Origin: Candidatus Nanopelagicales bacterium
Lineage (GTDB): Bacteria; Actinomycetota; Actinomycetes; S36-B12
Direction: 5' to 3'
DNA length: 64,000 bases
NCBI GenBank assembly: GCA_044360385.1
Contig: JBIKKK010000001.1
Span: 21,101 to 85,100 of the forward strand
The notes beneath the pieces are model-generated. The model saw only the letters and a list, made by a program, of their open reading frames with translations, had not been told where the DNA came from and did no database searches. The number at the start of each line of letters is the position of its first letter. Positions within the stretch are counted from its first letter, which is position 1. Made by a program: the position numbers and the translations under genes. Below, one piece after another: positions 11,700 through 20,533 of the stretch.

Positions 11700-11732
11700 C
11701 GTCGTCCCGTCATGTTGACGTCGTCCCGTCAT
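11697..11732. repeat. 17-nt direct duplication spanning two convergent stop codons
   Basis: TGACGTCGTCCCGTCAT occurs at 11697-11713 and again at 11716-11732. Copy 1 starts with the TGA stop of the Fic-like gene. Copy 2 contains the TCA (the TGA on the minus strand) of the convergent gene. Each copy is a small TGACG/CGTCA hairpin. Confidence 0.8.
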
Positions 11733-12658
11733 CCTGCGGGCCGAGGGGCGACCTCGGCGAGGTCGACCCCGTCATTGCGCGCAGGTGCGGACGGTGCCGT
11801 GGTGACCGTGTAGTCCCTGGGGACAGCCATCGTGAGGAGCCAGGGATAGGCCCGGCCTGCGACGATCGAGAAGGCGCGCACGCGCCCCACCAGCGAGGCC
11901 TGTGGCGTCATCTCGCCGGGGGATATGAGCCAGCGCAGCTGCACACTCGCGAGATCGTCGGCGGTCTCCACCTCTTGTGTTTGCAGTCCTCTCAGCGCGG
12001 TTCCGTCGCGCGGCTGCAGCACTGATCGGTCCGCAGCCGAGGTCAACAGCGCATTGACGACGAGGGTCCGATCGCGGAAGAACACGTCGATGCGAGCCTC
12101 TGCCGCCGTGAGCGCGGGCGCGGTGCCACCCGGTGCGCAGAGCGAGAGCAGCGCGTCGCCGAGTTGCCCTCTCGCCGTTGCACTCACGGGCACGGGTGCG
12201 CCCGAGGCATCGACGAGAGGGGACCGGCTCGGCGAGTCCAGTGCCCCGCAGTCCGACGGCGTCACGATGAAGTCGATGTCCGCGCTCTCGCCCGCGGGGA
12301 CGGTCACGCCCTCGGTGCCGCTGGCGACGTACGCATCCCCTTCGCCCGACGATGTGACGCGTAGGGTCCGCTGCGGGTCACCGGTGACCTCCGCGCGCAA
12401 TCGCAGCGCCCCCGCGACCAGGCCGCGCGGCCAGCCCTCGGGGAGGTCGGCCCCGCTGATGGCAAAGGGACCGACCGCCTCTAGGGCGACGATCTCGAGT
12501 CGATCGGGACGCGCTGACTGCTGCGCCCACCACTGGGTGGCGCCTACGGCGATAGCGACGGCGACGATCGCGCCACCCATTGACGCGGCAATGCGCAGGC
12601 TGCGACGGGTGCCGTGACGCTGAGGTGAATCCGGCGACCCGGCCTCGAGTACGTCCAT
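11729..12658 (-). CDS. Membrane-anchored extracytoplasmic protein, paralogue B (unknown function)
   Basis: N-terminal TM SMGGAIVAVAIAVGATQWW, then about 270 aa colinear with the upstream gene product (shared blocks listed in findings). The start is trimmed to ATG 12658, 5 nt after the upstream stop. Confidence 0.6.
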   Translation of the reverse strand: MDVLEAGSPDSPQRHGTRRSLRIAASMGGAIVAVAIAVGATQWWAQQSARPDRLEIVALEAVGPFAISGADLPEGWPRGLVAGALRLRAEVTGDPQRTLRVTSSGEGDAYVASGTEGVTVPAGESADIDFIVTPSDCGALDSPSRSPLVDASGAPVPVSATARGQLGDALLSLCAPGGTAPALTAAEARIDVFFRDRTLVVNALLTSAADRSVLQPRDGTALRGLQTQEVETADDLASVQLRWLISPGEMTPQASLVGRVRAFSIVAGRAYPWLLTMAVPRDYTVTTAPSAPARNDGVDLAEVAPRPAG

Positions 12659-12663
12659 CGCCG

Positions 12664-13602
12664 CTATCGAATCGACGTGGTGAGCGGGGTCATTGCAGGC
12701 AGATCCTCGGTGACCGGGATGCCCACGATCCACGGGTACGCCGTCTCACCTCGCACGACGAAGACCTGCGAGTAGGCGGTGGGGACGGCGTCGTTGTGCT
12801 CGGCCCTGGGGGCGACCAGCCAGAGCAGGGGAATGCCGTTGCCCTTATCTCGATCCGCCGAGCCGAGTCCGCGCAGGCCTGGTCCGTCGAGAGGCGTGAC
12901 CACCAGGCGATCGGCCGTCGCGTCGATATCGACCACGAGGCCGATGGTTTCGAGTGGGGGTTCGCCACCTCGCCGCGCGCCCGTGACGGTCATCTCCGGT
13001 GGGGGTCCAGCTCCGTCGCAGGCGCGCGCGAGTGCGTCACTGAACGACGCGCGGGCGGCGTCGGAAAGCGGCACGATTGCCCCCTCGGTCGTGGTGAGCA
13101 GCTCGACGCCGAAGGCGCGACGCCACCGGTAGCCGGCCTCGTCGAGGTCTGTTCCCTCTCGTGCGAGCGCACAATCCACAGGTGCCACCGTGATGTCGAC
13201 ATCCGCGTAGCCACCGCGCACGATGGTCACCGCCGACCCTTCCTCGACGTAGACGATCGCATCCGTGGGGGAGGGCACCACGTCGACATTGCCGTCGGGG
13301 TCTCCGCCGACGGTGAGGCGGAGCGTGACTCCGGGGAGCGCGGCACCGGCCGGAGTCGACAGCGCACCGATTGGTGGCTCGGCCACGATCGTGACGGGTT
13401 CAGTCGCGACCACGGAAATTCCGACGATGGAGAGGGCATCCGAGACGGGCGGCCGGGCCGCCCACCAGGTCAACCCCGCGGCGACCGCAGCGATGGCAAG
13501 TCCAATGGCGATCACGGAGGTGACGATGATGCCCGTCGCTCGGGAGGGTTCCGCGCCCTCGGAACCGGTGTCGAGTACCTCGTTGCCCTCGACCCCCTTC
13601 AT
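12664..13602 (-). CDS. Membrane-anchored extracytoplasmic protein, paralogue A (unknown function)
   Basis: N-terminal TM IIVTSVIAIGLAIAAVAAGLTWW. It shares with paralogue B the blocks L.IVg...LRL.V.GDP, VxPxDC, DAL...C..GG and G.AYPW, including two conserved Cys. Confidence 0.6.
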   Translation of the reverse strand: MKGVEGNEVLDTGSEGAEPSRATGIIVTSVIAIGLAIAAVAAGLTWWAARPPVSDALSIVGISVVATEPVTIVAEPPIGALSTPAGAALPGVTLRLTVGGDPDGNVDVVPSPTDAIVYVEEGSAVTIVRGGYADVDITVAPVDCALAREGTDLDEAGYRWRRAFGVELLTTTEGAIVPLSDAARASFSDALARACDGAGPPPEMTVTGARRGGEPPLETIGLVVDIDATADRLVVTPLDGPGLRGLGSADRDKGNGIPLLWLVAPRAEHNDAVPTAYSQVFVVRGETAYPWIVGIPVTEDLPAMTPLTTSIR

Positions 13603-13612
13603 GGGAAGCAGG

Positions 13613-14596
13613 TTAGGTGGTTTCCTCTGCCGGCGCCTTCTGGGTGATGAGCACTTTGAGGGCTAACGCGATCGTGACCCCCACGACGGTGGCAATGATC
13701 GTGAAGACGACGCGATCCTCGGCGACGCTGACGGCATCGAGCCCGGGCGTATTGAGGAGGATGGCCGCGGGAGTGAGTACGGTGACGTACTCCCAGTAGG
13801 GGCGCTTGAGCGCGTAGCGCACCGTCAAGGCGGCGAAGAGAATGACACCTCCGATGACCAGGGCAAGCGTCGACTGGACGCCGGCGAGGATGAGCACGAA
13901 GGCGAAGACTCCGCCAATGATCGTGCCACCCAAGCGCTGGAGTGATCGGGTGAGAGTGTCGTGCGCGCTTGGCTGGAGCACGATGATCAGGGTGAGCAGG
14001 AGCCAGGCGCCCTGGTGGAACTTCGCGTAAGTGAGCACGCCCCAGGCGGCGATGCCCAGGACGACGGCCATGGTGACGGCGTAGAGGACTGCGGCCCGCG
14101 TCGTGAGCCTCTTGCGCTCACCCTCGCCGTGCCTGTTGCCGAGGAGTAATCGTGCACTTCCCGTGGCCCACAGGCCGCCGAGGGTGAGGACCGCTCCGGT
14201 CATGAAGGCTGCCGGGACATCCGACACGCCAACCACTTCGGGCGGTGCGGCGAGCACGAAACTAATGAAGATCGGGACCATGAGTGCGGGGCTATGCAGC
14301 CCCTGCTTCGCCGAAAGCGCGCAGGCTCCGGTGAAGAGCCCGAAGAAGATTGCGCCCGCGACGGGGTGGGGATTGAGCAAGGCGGAGATGATCCCAGCGA
14401 CGCCCGCCACCACCGAGAGGATCACCGCGAGCCGCAGCCCGTAGAACGCGGCGACGATGGCGATCACGCCGCCGTAGACGAAGGCGGAGGCCAGTCCGCT
14501 CTGCCCGGCGATGCCCATGATGATGGGCGGCGTCATCAAGGAGATGGTGAGCAAGCCAATGATGAGAATGCGCTGACCGCGCGTGGCCTTGGCCAT
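13613..14596 (-). CDS. Multi-pass membrane protein (FUSC / aromatic-acid-exporter-like?)
   Basis: About 10 predicted TM helices. The start is trimmed to MAKATRG (ATG 14596), sharing TGATG with the HAD gene stop. The family assignment is tentative. Confidence 0.55.
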   Translation of the reverse strand: MAKATRGQRILIIGLLTISLMTPPIIMGIAGQSGLASAFVYGGVIAIVAAFYGLRLAVILSVVAGVAGIISALLNPHPVAGAIFFGLFTGACALSAKQGLHSPALMVPIFISFVLAAPPEVVGVSDVPAAFMTGAVLTLGGLWATGSARLLLGNRHGEGERKRLTTRAAVLYAVTMAVVLGIAAWGVLTYAKFHQGAWLLLTLIIVLQPSAHDTLTRSLQRLGGTIIGGVFAFVLILAGVQSTLALVIGGVILFAALTVRYALKRPYWEYVTVLTPAAILLNTPGLDAVSVAEDRVVFTIIATVVGVTIALALKVLITQKAPAEETT

Positions 14597-15393
14597 CAGA
14601 CCAGGCGCCTGTTGCGGGCTCGGGCATACCAAGCCAGTCCCAGGGCTGCAGCGCTCACGGCCGCTGCGGCCGCACCAGCTGCGACAGCCTGCTTCTTTTC
14701 GATCGCGAGACGACTGCGCATCGACACGGGCCGCTCGAAGTCGACGATCGGCCACTCGCGCTCACCAGCGATACGTCGCAACTCCGCGTCAGGGTTGACC
14801 ACGGTGGGATGACCCACCGCCTCGAGCATCGGCAGGTCCGTCACCGAGTCGGTGTAGGCGAAGGACTCCGCGAGGTCGTATCCCCGCTCGGCAGCGAGAT
14901 CGCGCATGGCCTGAGCCTTCCCTTCGCCGTAGGCGTAGAAGAGGATCTCGCCGGTGTAGAGACCATCCTCGACGACGAGTTGGGTGCCGATCGCGACGTC
15001 GGCACCGAGCCGCTCCCCGATCGGCTCGACGACCTCGGTGCCAGATGAGGAGATGATGACGATCTCGCGTCCGGCTGCGCGATGACTCTCGATGAGAGCG
15101 ACTGCTTCGTCGTAGACGGCCGGGTCGATGATCACGTCGATCGTCTCCGCCACGATCTCGCGCACCTTGGCGACATCCCAGCCGGTGACCAGATCTGACA
15201 TGTAGCGCCGCATCGTCTCCATCTGGTCGTGGTCAGCCCCCGAGGCAAGGAAGATGAATTGCGCATAGGCGCTGCGGATGACGTCGCTTCGGCCGATGAG
15301 GCCGCCGCGGTAGAAGGGTCGAGCGAAGGCCAAGGCGCTCGACGTCGCCAGGATGGTCTTGTCGAGGTCGAAGAACGCCGCGGAGCGCGTCAC
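14596..15393 (-). CDS. HAD-IB family hydrolase (SerB-like) with C-terminal TM anchor
   Basis: HAD motif I FFDLDKTI, motif IV YTDSVTDLPM, and a C-terminal hydrophobic tail AAGAAAAAVSAAALGLAWYA. Confidence 0.8.
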   Translation of the reverse strand: MTRSAAFFDLDKTILATSSALAFARPFYRGGLIGRSDVIRSAYAQFIFLASGADHDQMETMRRYMSDLVTGWDVAKVREIVAETIDVIIDPAVYDEAVALIESHRAAGREIVIISSSGTEVVEPIGERLGADVAIGTQLVVEDGLYTGEILFYAYGEGKAQAMRDLAAERGYDLAESFAYTDSVTDLPMLEAVGHPTVVNPDAELRRIAGEREWPIVDFERPVSMRSRLAIEKKQAVAAGAAAAAVSAAALGLAWYARARNRRLV

Positions 15394-15502
15394 AGGGGCA
15401 CGCTACCGCTGAGGTCCCAATCCACAGGGCAGATGTCGCTCCCTTATCCCCAGTTGCGTCGGCGATCGAGGTTTTGCGCGGTCCGACGCGCAGCCTGCCC
15501 CC

Positions 15503-16540
15503 ATGACAGATGAATCCCGCCCCCTGCTCATCACCGCGGATCCACTGCTCCTCGATGACGTGGTGCGGCTCGCTGCTGCCGCCGGCGTCGAGGTGACCGT
15601 CCGGGAGGATCCTCACGCATCCGCGTGGTCTCGTGCCCCCATCATCTTCGTGGGTGACGACGTGCTCGTCACTGCTGCCGCACGCGCACTGCCGCGCCGT
15701 GACTCTGTCGTCGTGGTGCGCCGGGGTAGCGGGCTCACCGACGACCACACTCCCGCCTCCACGTGGCAGGGCGCCGTCGCGCTGGGAGCCGAGCACGTCG
15801 TCGAGCTCCCCGAGGCGGGCCGATGGGTGGTGGATCGCCTTGCAGAGGTGAGTGATGCTGCGTCCCACGGCGGGCCGGTCATCTCCTGCGTCCCGGGCGT
15901 GGGAGGGGCGGGGGCCACCACCCTGGCCGCGCTCCTCGCGCGCGAGGCAAGCGGACTGCTCGTCGATATCGATCCCTATGGCCCGGCGATCCCTGTCGAT
16001 GGTGGCGTGCGATGGCCCGATCTCGCGGACACGCGCGGGCGCATTCCGCCGGCATCGCTGCGCACTGCGCTGCCGAGCGTCCATGGCACCCATGTGCTTA
16101 CGGGCACCCCCGAAGCCCGCTTCACCGTGCCATTCGATGCCCTCAGCGCCGTGCTCGAAGCGGGCGCGCGCGGGTTCCCGTGCACGATTGTCGATGCCCC
16201 GCGCTGCGACGGCGACGCGAGCCGCATTGCCTGGGCTCGCAGTGACGCGGTCATCATCGTGGTCGGTCCGCACCCGGCCACTGCCGCGCGCGTGCCCGCG
16301 CTCATCGATGGAATCCAGGAGGTGTGCACGCGGGTGGCGGTTGTCGCCCGCACATCGCCGCGGGATTCGGGCGTGTGGTGCGCGGCCGAGGGTGCGCAGT
16401 GGCAGGTGCCCGTGCTGCCAGCCTTCCGTCACGACCGCACACTCGCCCAAGGAGACCATCCCTTCCTCACCCCCCGGTCGACCGCGCGTCGCTTCGCTCG
16501 GGAAATCCTCGACGCACTCGTGCCGGGAGCATTGGCATGA
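15503..16540 (+). CDS. ssd: Ssd / TadZ(CpaE)-like protein of the actinobacterial Tad-type locus
   Basis: N-terminal receiver-like domain, then a MinD/ParA-like domain with a deviant P-loop GVGGAGATTLAALLA (no Walker-A lysine). It lies immediately upstream of tadA with an ATGA overlap. Confidence 0.7.
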   Translation: MTDESRPLLITADPLLLDDVVRLAAAAGVEVTVREDPHASAWSRAPIIFVGDDVLVTAAARALPRRDSVVVVRRGSGLTDDHTPASTWQGAVALGAEHVVELPEAGRWVVDRLAEVSDAASHGGPVISCVPGVGGAGATTLAALLAREASGLLVDIDPYGPAIPVDGGVRWPDLADTRGRIPPASLRTALPSVHGTHVLTGTPEARFTVPFDALSAVLEAGARGFPCTIVDAPRCDGDASRIAWARSDAVIIVVGPHPATAARVPALIDGIQEVCTRVAVVARTSPRDSGVWCAAEGAQWQVPVLPAFRHDRTLAQGDHPFLTPRSTARRFAREILDALVPGALA

Positions 16541-17700
16541 GTGCCGCGCTGGTCGACCGCGTGCGGCGCAGGCTCGTCGATGATGGGCTCACGCGTGCAC
16601 CTGATTCAGCGCGGGTCGCCGCCGCCTTGCGCGACGAAGGAGTGGTGCTCGGCGATGAGTCGCTGTTCGAGATTGTCGGCTCACTCAGGGATGAGCTTGG
16701 TGGGCTCGGTCCCCTCCAGGCCCTCCTCATCGATCCTCGCGTGACCGATGTCCTCGTCAATGGGCCGACCGATGTGTGGATCGACCGCGGGCAGGGGCTC
16801 GAGAGTGCGGGCGTGGGCTTCGGCGGGGTTGAGGCGATCCTGCGCCTCGCGCAGCGCCTTGCCTCCTTAGCCGGTCGGCGGCTCGATGAGGCCTCGCCGT
16901 ATGTCGATGCGCGGCTCTCCGATGGCACGCGTCTGCACGCGGTCATCCCGCCCATCGCCTCGGATGGTCCGCTCATCTCGCTGCGCATCCCGCACCGCGG
17001 TGGCTTCGATCTCGACGATCTCGTCCGCCTGGGCACGGTCGACGAGTGGGGCGCCCAGTGGCTGCGCGCGATCATCGATGCACGGCTGGCCTTCCTCGTC
17101 AGCGGCGGCACGGGATCGGGCAAGACGACCCTCCTCGCCACGATGCTCGAGGTGGTCGATCCGGCCCAGCGCATCCTCCTCGTCGAGGACTCCGCCGAGT
17201 TGAGACCGCGGCATCCCCACATCGTCCGTCTCGAGTCGCGGCCCGCCAATCTCGAAGGCGCCGGATTGGTGACCCTCCGCGATCTGGTGCGCCAGGCGCT
17301 GCGCATGCGTCCCGACCGCGTGGTGGTCGGCGAGGTGCGCGGCGCCGAGGTGGTGGATCTCCTCGCCGCTATGAATACCGGCCATGAGGGAGGCTGCGGG
17401 ACGGTCCATGCCAACTCACCCGCCGACGTCCCTGCCCGGCTCGAGGCGTTGGGACTCATGGCGGGATTGCCGCGCGACGCGGTCCATGCGCTCATCGCCG
17501 CCGGCATCCATGTGGTCATCCACCTGCAGCGCTCACCGCGCGCGATTAGTGAGGTGCACCTCATCTCCCGGTTGCAGGGGGTGGCGTCCACGGTGCCGGC
17601 ACTCGTGCGTCGAGACGATCGCCTCGTGCCCGGGGAGGCAGCGCCACTCCTCGCGGGACTCCTTCGTGCGGCCGGAGTGGAGCCGCCCGCGTGGCCGTGA
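16537..17700 (+). CDS. tadA: TadA/CpaF-family secretion ATPase
   Basis: Walker A SGGTGSGKTTLL, Walker B/Asp box ILLVEDSAEL, RPDRVVVGEVRGAE, and His box GHEGGCGTVHANS. The tracked ORF start (16324) is trimmed to ATG 16537. Confidence 0.9.
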   Translation: MSAALVDRVRRRLVDDGLTRAPDSARVAAALRDEGVVLGDESLFEIVGSLRDELGGLGPLQALLIDPRVTDVLVNGPTDVWIDRGQGLESAGVGFGGVEAILRLAQRLASLAGRRLDEASPYVDARLSDGTRLHAVIPPIASDGPLISLRIPHRGGFDLDDLVRLGTVDEWGAQWLRAIIDARLAFLVSGGTGSGKTTLLATMLEVVDPAQRILLVEDSAELRPRHPHIVRLESRPANLEGAGLVTLRDLVRQALRMRPDRVVVGEVRGAEVVDLLAAMNTGHEGGCGTVHANSPADVPARLEALGLMAGLPRDAVHALIAAGIHVVIHLQRSPRAISEVHLISRLQGVASTVPALVRRDDRLVPGEAAPLLAGLLRAAGVEPPAWP

Positions 17701-18371
17701 TCATTGCTGCCGCACTTGCCAGCTCGGCAGCGTGGCTCCTCGTCCGCCCCTCCCTGCGCACATCGTCGCCCGTGCCGATGGTCCGTCAGTGGATCGGCCG
17801 AGCGCGTCACCGGCTGCTGACCCGACGTCATCGCGCGCAACGGCGATCGGCGATGCGCGAGGCGCTGGCCGAGGTGGTGGCCGACATGCGGGCCGGGCAG
17901 CCACCCTCGCGCGCATTGGAGCGCGCGCTCAGCGACCGTGATGATGACCTGGCAACGCGCACCCTCGCGGCGTCGCGCTGGGGCGGTGACGTTGTAGAGG
18001 CCTTGCGCGAGGACTCCCGTGCGTCGTCGCTGCCCATCCTCGCTGCGGCAGCGGCGTGCTGGAGCGTGGCCGCGAACCAGGGCGCGGGGCTGGCCGATGC
18101 CCTCGATCGACTGGTGGCTCAGGACCGACGCGCGGAGGAAGTCCGGCGCCAACTCGATGCGCACCTCGCGGCTCCTCGGGCGACGGCTCGGATGCTTGCC
18201 CTGCTCCCTGCCCTCGGGATCGTGCTCGGGCTCGCCGTGGGAGGTGACCCCATCGGCTGGCTTGTGGGCACGCCCTTGGGCTGGGCATGCCTCGGGCTCG
18301 GACTTCTGCTCATCGCCGCAGGCCTGGCCTGGGCCTCGCGCATCGTCGCACGCACGGAGCGATTGCTGTGA
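17691..18371 (+). CDS. TadB-like type II secretion F-domain membrane protein
   Basis: N-terminal TM, a cytoplasmic helical domain, and C-terminal TM pairs (MLALLPALGIVLGLAV..., WACLGLGLLLIAAGLAW). The GTG start overlaps the tadA stop. Confidence 0.7.
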   Translation: MAVIIAAALASSAAWLLVRPSLRTSSPVPMVRQWIGRARHRLLTRRHRAQRRSAMREALAEVVADMRAGQPPSRALERALSDRDDDLATRTLAASRWGGDVVEALREDSRASSLPILAAAAACWSVAANQGAGLADALDRLVAQDRRAEEVRRQLDAHLAAPRATARMLALLPALGIVLGLAVGGDPIGWLVGTPLGWACLGLGLLLIAAGLAWASRIVARTERLL

Positions 18372-19057
18372 TCCTCCTCGCGGCGGTCAGTGCCGCCTTG
18401 GCCGCGTGGCTGTCCACGCGACCGGCTCCCCGGCGCAGGCGATCACGCGGGTCCTTCACGGAGAAGGGCGTGATCCGGATCGCCTGCATGTGTCTCGGCG
18501 TGATCACCGCCTTCGTTGTCGGTGGCTTCATCGGAGTGGGCGTCGGACTTGCCCTCGCGCTCCTCGGACCCCGCCTGCTCATGCGCATGGAATCCCGCAC
18601 CAAGCGTCAGCGCCGCGAGACCCTCGAGCGGCAGGCACCCGCGGCGGCCGACCTGCTCGCGGCGTGCCTCGCGGCGGGAGCGACTGCCGTGGATGCCGCG
18701 CGCGCTGTGACCCACGCGCTCGGCGATCCGATCGCGACACCTCTCGGACGGCTCACGGGTGCCCTTGATCTCGGTGCCGATCCTGCGAGTGCCTGGGCGG
18801 GGCTGGCAAGCGAGCCATCATTGCGCCCGATTGCCCGCGCGGCTGCGCGTTCCGCCGAGACGGGCGCACCGCTGGCCGCACTACTCGCCTCCGTCGCGGA
18901 CGATCAACGCGACGAGGCGCGAGCGCGGGCCGAGGCCACGGCGCGCGCTGCCGGTGTGCGCTCGGTGGCACCCCTCGCGGCGTGTTTCCTGCCCGCCTTC
19001 CTGCTCCTCGGCATCGTGCCGGTGGTGGCGAGCCTTGCCCTTCCCCTCCTGCAGTGA
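18368..19057 (+). CDS. TadC-like type II secretion F-domain membrane protein
   Basis: Same architecture as the preceding gene. GTG 18368 overlaps the tadB-like stop (GTGA). C-terminal TM VAPLAACFLPAFLLLGIVPVVASL. Confidence 0.7.
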   Translation: MILLAAVSAALAAWLSTRPAPRRRRSRGSFTEKGVIRIACMCLGVITAFVVGGFIGVGVGLALALLGPRLLMRMESRTKRQRRETLERQAPAAADLLAACLAAGATAVDAARAVTHALGDPIATPLGRLTGALDLGADPASAWAGLASEPSLRPIARAAARSAETGAPLAALLASVADDQRDEARARAEATARAAGVRSVAPLAACFLPAFLLLGIVPVVASLALPLLQ

Positions 19058-19084
19058 CATGTCTTCACTGATGCAGCAGTGCGC

Positions 19085-20155
19085 TCACTGTCGGGAGCGC
19101 AATCGCACGGCGATGGCCACCGCAGCGGCGGAGATGATGAAGACACCCGCGCCGATCGCGAGGGCAAGCACGGCGAGCGTCCCGACCCTGTCGACAGGCT
19201 CGAGGGCATCCTCCACCGCAGTCGGAGATGGCAGTGACGACTCCTGTGGTGTCGATCCGGGGGAGCCCGACTGAGATGGCTGAGCCGACTCGGTGGGCGC
19301 TACGGGCTCAGGTGACGTCGATGGGTCACCCTCCGGAGCCCCGACCGGCACGAGCAAGAGCCGATCGTCGCCCTCGCTCGCGATGATGAGGGAGGTGCCG
19401 TCGGGCGTCCACGTCATGGCCTCGCCTTGGACCTGCTCGGGCAGCGGCATGCGTGACTCGAGGGTGCCGGGCGGTGTCCCGGAGTAGATGCGCACCTCTG
19501 AGTAATCGCGGACGGCGTAGCCACCGCCCGGGCGCATCGCGGCATCGGTTACGAGGGCTTCCTCGGTGCCGACAGCGCGAGCCCGCACCTCTTTGCCAGG
19601 AGGCAGCGGCTGTGGCATTGCCCAGACCGTGCCGCCGAGTAGCCCCTTGCCGATGAGCCACAGCTGGTCGCCATCCGCAAGCAGGGCCTCGGAGTCCTGA
19701 CGCTCCTCGAGACGCACGCGGTAGGTGGTGGCATCCACCGTTGCGCTCCGCAGGTCCGGCGGCTCGGGGATCGCGTGAATCTCGATGAAGCGGCGCTGCG
19801 AGGTGTTGTCGCCCACGTCGCCCCACCACAGCACGGGCGCCCCCGTCGGACCAGTCCCCATCGCGATCGCCTCGGGATCCTGTGCCTCGATGCCGCGGAC
19901 GCGCAAGACCGCCCGGATCTCGCAGCTGTCGATGTCGAGGGCGTAGAGGCGCGCACCGCCGCCGGAGTCGTTGTGGGCCCAAACGATGCCATCGTGCTGG
20001 GTGGAGTACGCCAGTCCGCTGATCTCGGCCAGTCGGTCTCCGTCGAAGCGGCAGAGCTCGGTGACCTCGGCTCGAGCGATGGCAGCGGGCGCGATCAGGG
20101 CGACGGCGCTGACAGCGAGAGCGGCGCACATCCCCCCTGCCACCCGCATCACCAC
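19085..20155 (-). CDS. Secreted protein with C-terminal membrane anchor (beta-propeller / phytase-like fold suspected)
   Basis: Signal peptide ...LIAPAAIARA|EV. Repeated strand-like motifs EISGLAYS, WAHNDSGG, DPEAIAMG, WWGDVGDN and GEAMTWTPDG. Pro/Ser/Thr-rich linker, then TM LAVLALAIGAGVFIISAAAVAIAV-RLRSRQ. It is on the opposite strand to the tad genes on both sides. Confidence 0.6.
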   Translation of the reverse strand: MVMRVAGGMCAALAVSAVALIAPAAIARAEVTELCRFDGDRLAEISGLAYSTQHDGIVWAHNDSGGGARLYALDIDSCEIRAVLRVRGIEAQDPEAIAMGTGPTGAPVLWWGDVGDNTSQRRFIEIHAIPEPPDLRSATVDATTYRVRLEERQDSEALLADGDQLWLIGKGLLGGTVWAMPQPLPPGKEVRARAVGTEEALVTDAAMRPGGGYAVRDYSEVRIYSGTPPGTLESRMPLPEQVQGEAMTWTPDGTSLIIASEGDDRLLLVPVGAPEGDPSTSPEPVAPTESAQPSQSGSPGSTPQESSLPSPTAVEDALEPVDRVGTLAVLALAIGAGVFIISAAAVAIAVRLRSRQ

Positions 20156-20315
20156 ATCAGCCTACGTGCGTTGTCATCCCCAGTGACGCACCACATCAAC
20201 TCTCCACAGTCATTCCTGCGGCCCTGGTGACGTGGCGGAGCGCGGCGCACGGTGGCGGCGCGGACCACCGGTTCGCACGCACCGGCCGTCTCGCCGGCAT
20301 GTCTGGAGGCAGACC

Positions 20316-20528
20316 ATGACCACATCTGCACTGAATCGCCTGGCACACACCCGGGTCATTGCCCGCATCCGCCGTGAGGACGCGGGGATGACCACCGTCG
20401 AGTACGCCGTAGGCACCGTGGCGGCGGCTGGCTTCGGCGGCTTGCTCATCAAGCTGCTCATGTCCGACGAGGCACGCAACCTCATCTGGGGCCTCATCAC
20501 GAACGCCCTCTCGGCACTCTTCGGATAG
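20316..20528 (+). CDS. Flp-like pilin-type small protein (DUF4244 family)
   Basis: 70 aa with GGAGG 6 nt upstream of ATG 20316. Flp-type processing motif G|MTTVEYAVGTVAAAGFGGLLI. Confidence 0.75.
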   Translation: MTTSALNRLAHTRVIARIRREDAGMTTVEYAVGTVAAAGFGGLLIKLLMSDEARNLIWGLITNALSALFG

Positions 20529-20533
20529 TCGCC

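Noticed and set aside
15233-18164. 408-aa and 565-aa minus-strand ORFs (15233-16459 and 16467-18164)
   Set aside because: Both are antisense to the ssd/tadA/tadB genes, which carry Walker and His-box motifs. The translations are Arg/Ser/Pro-rich with no domain signatures.
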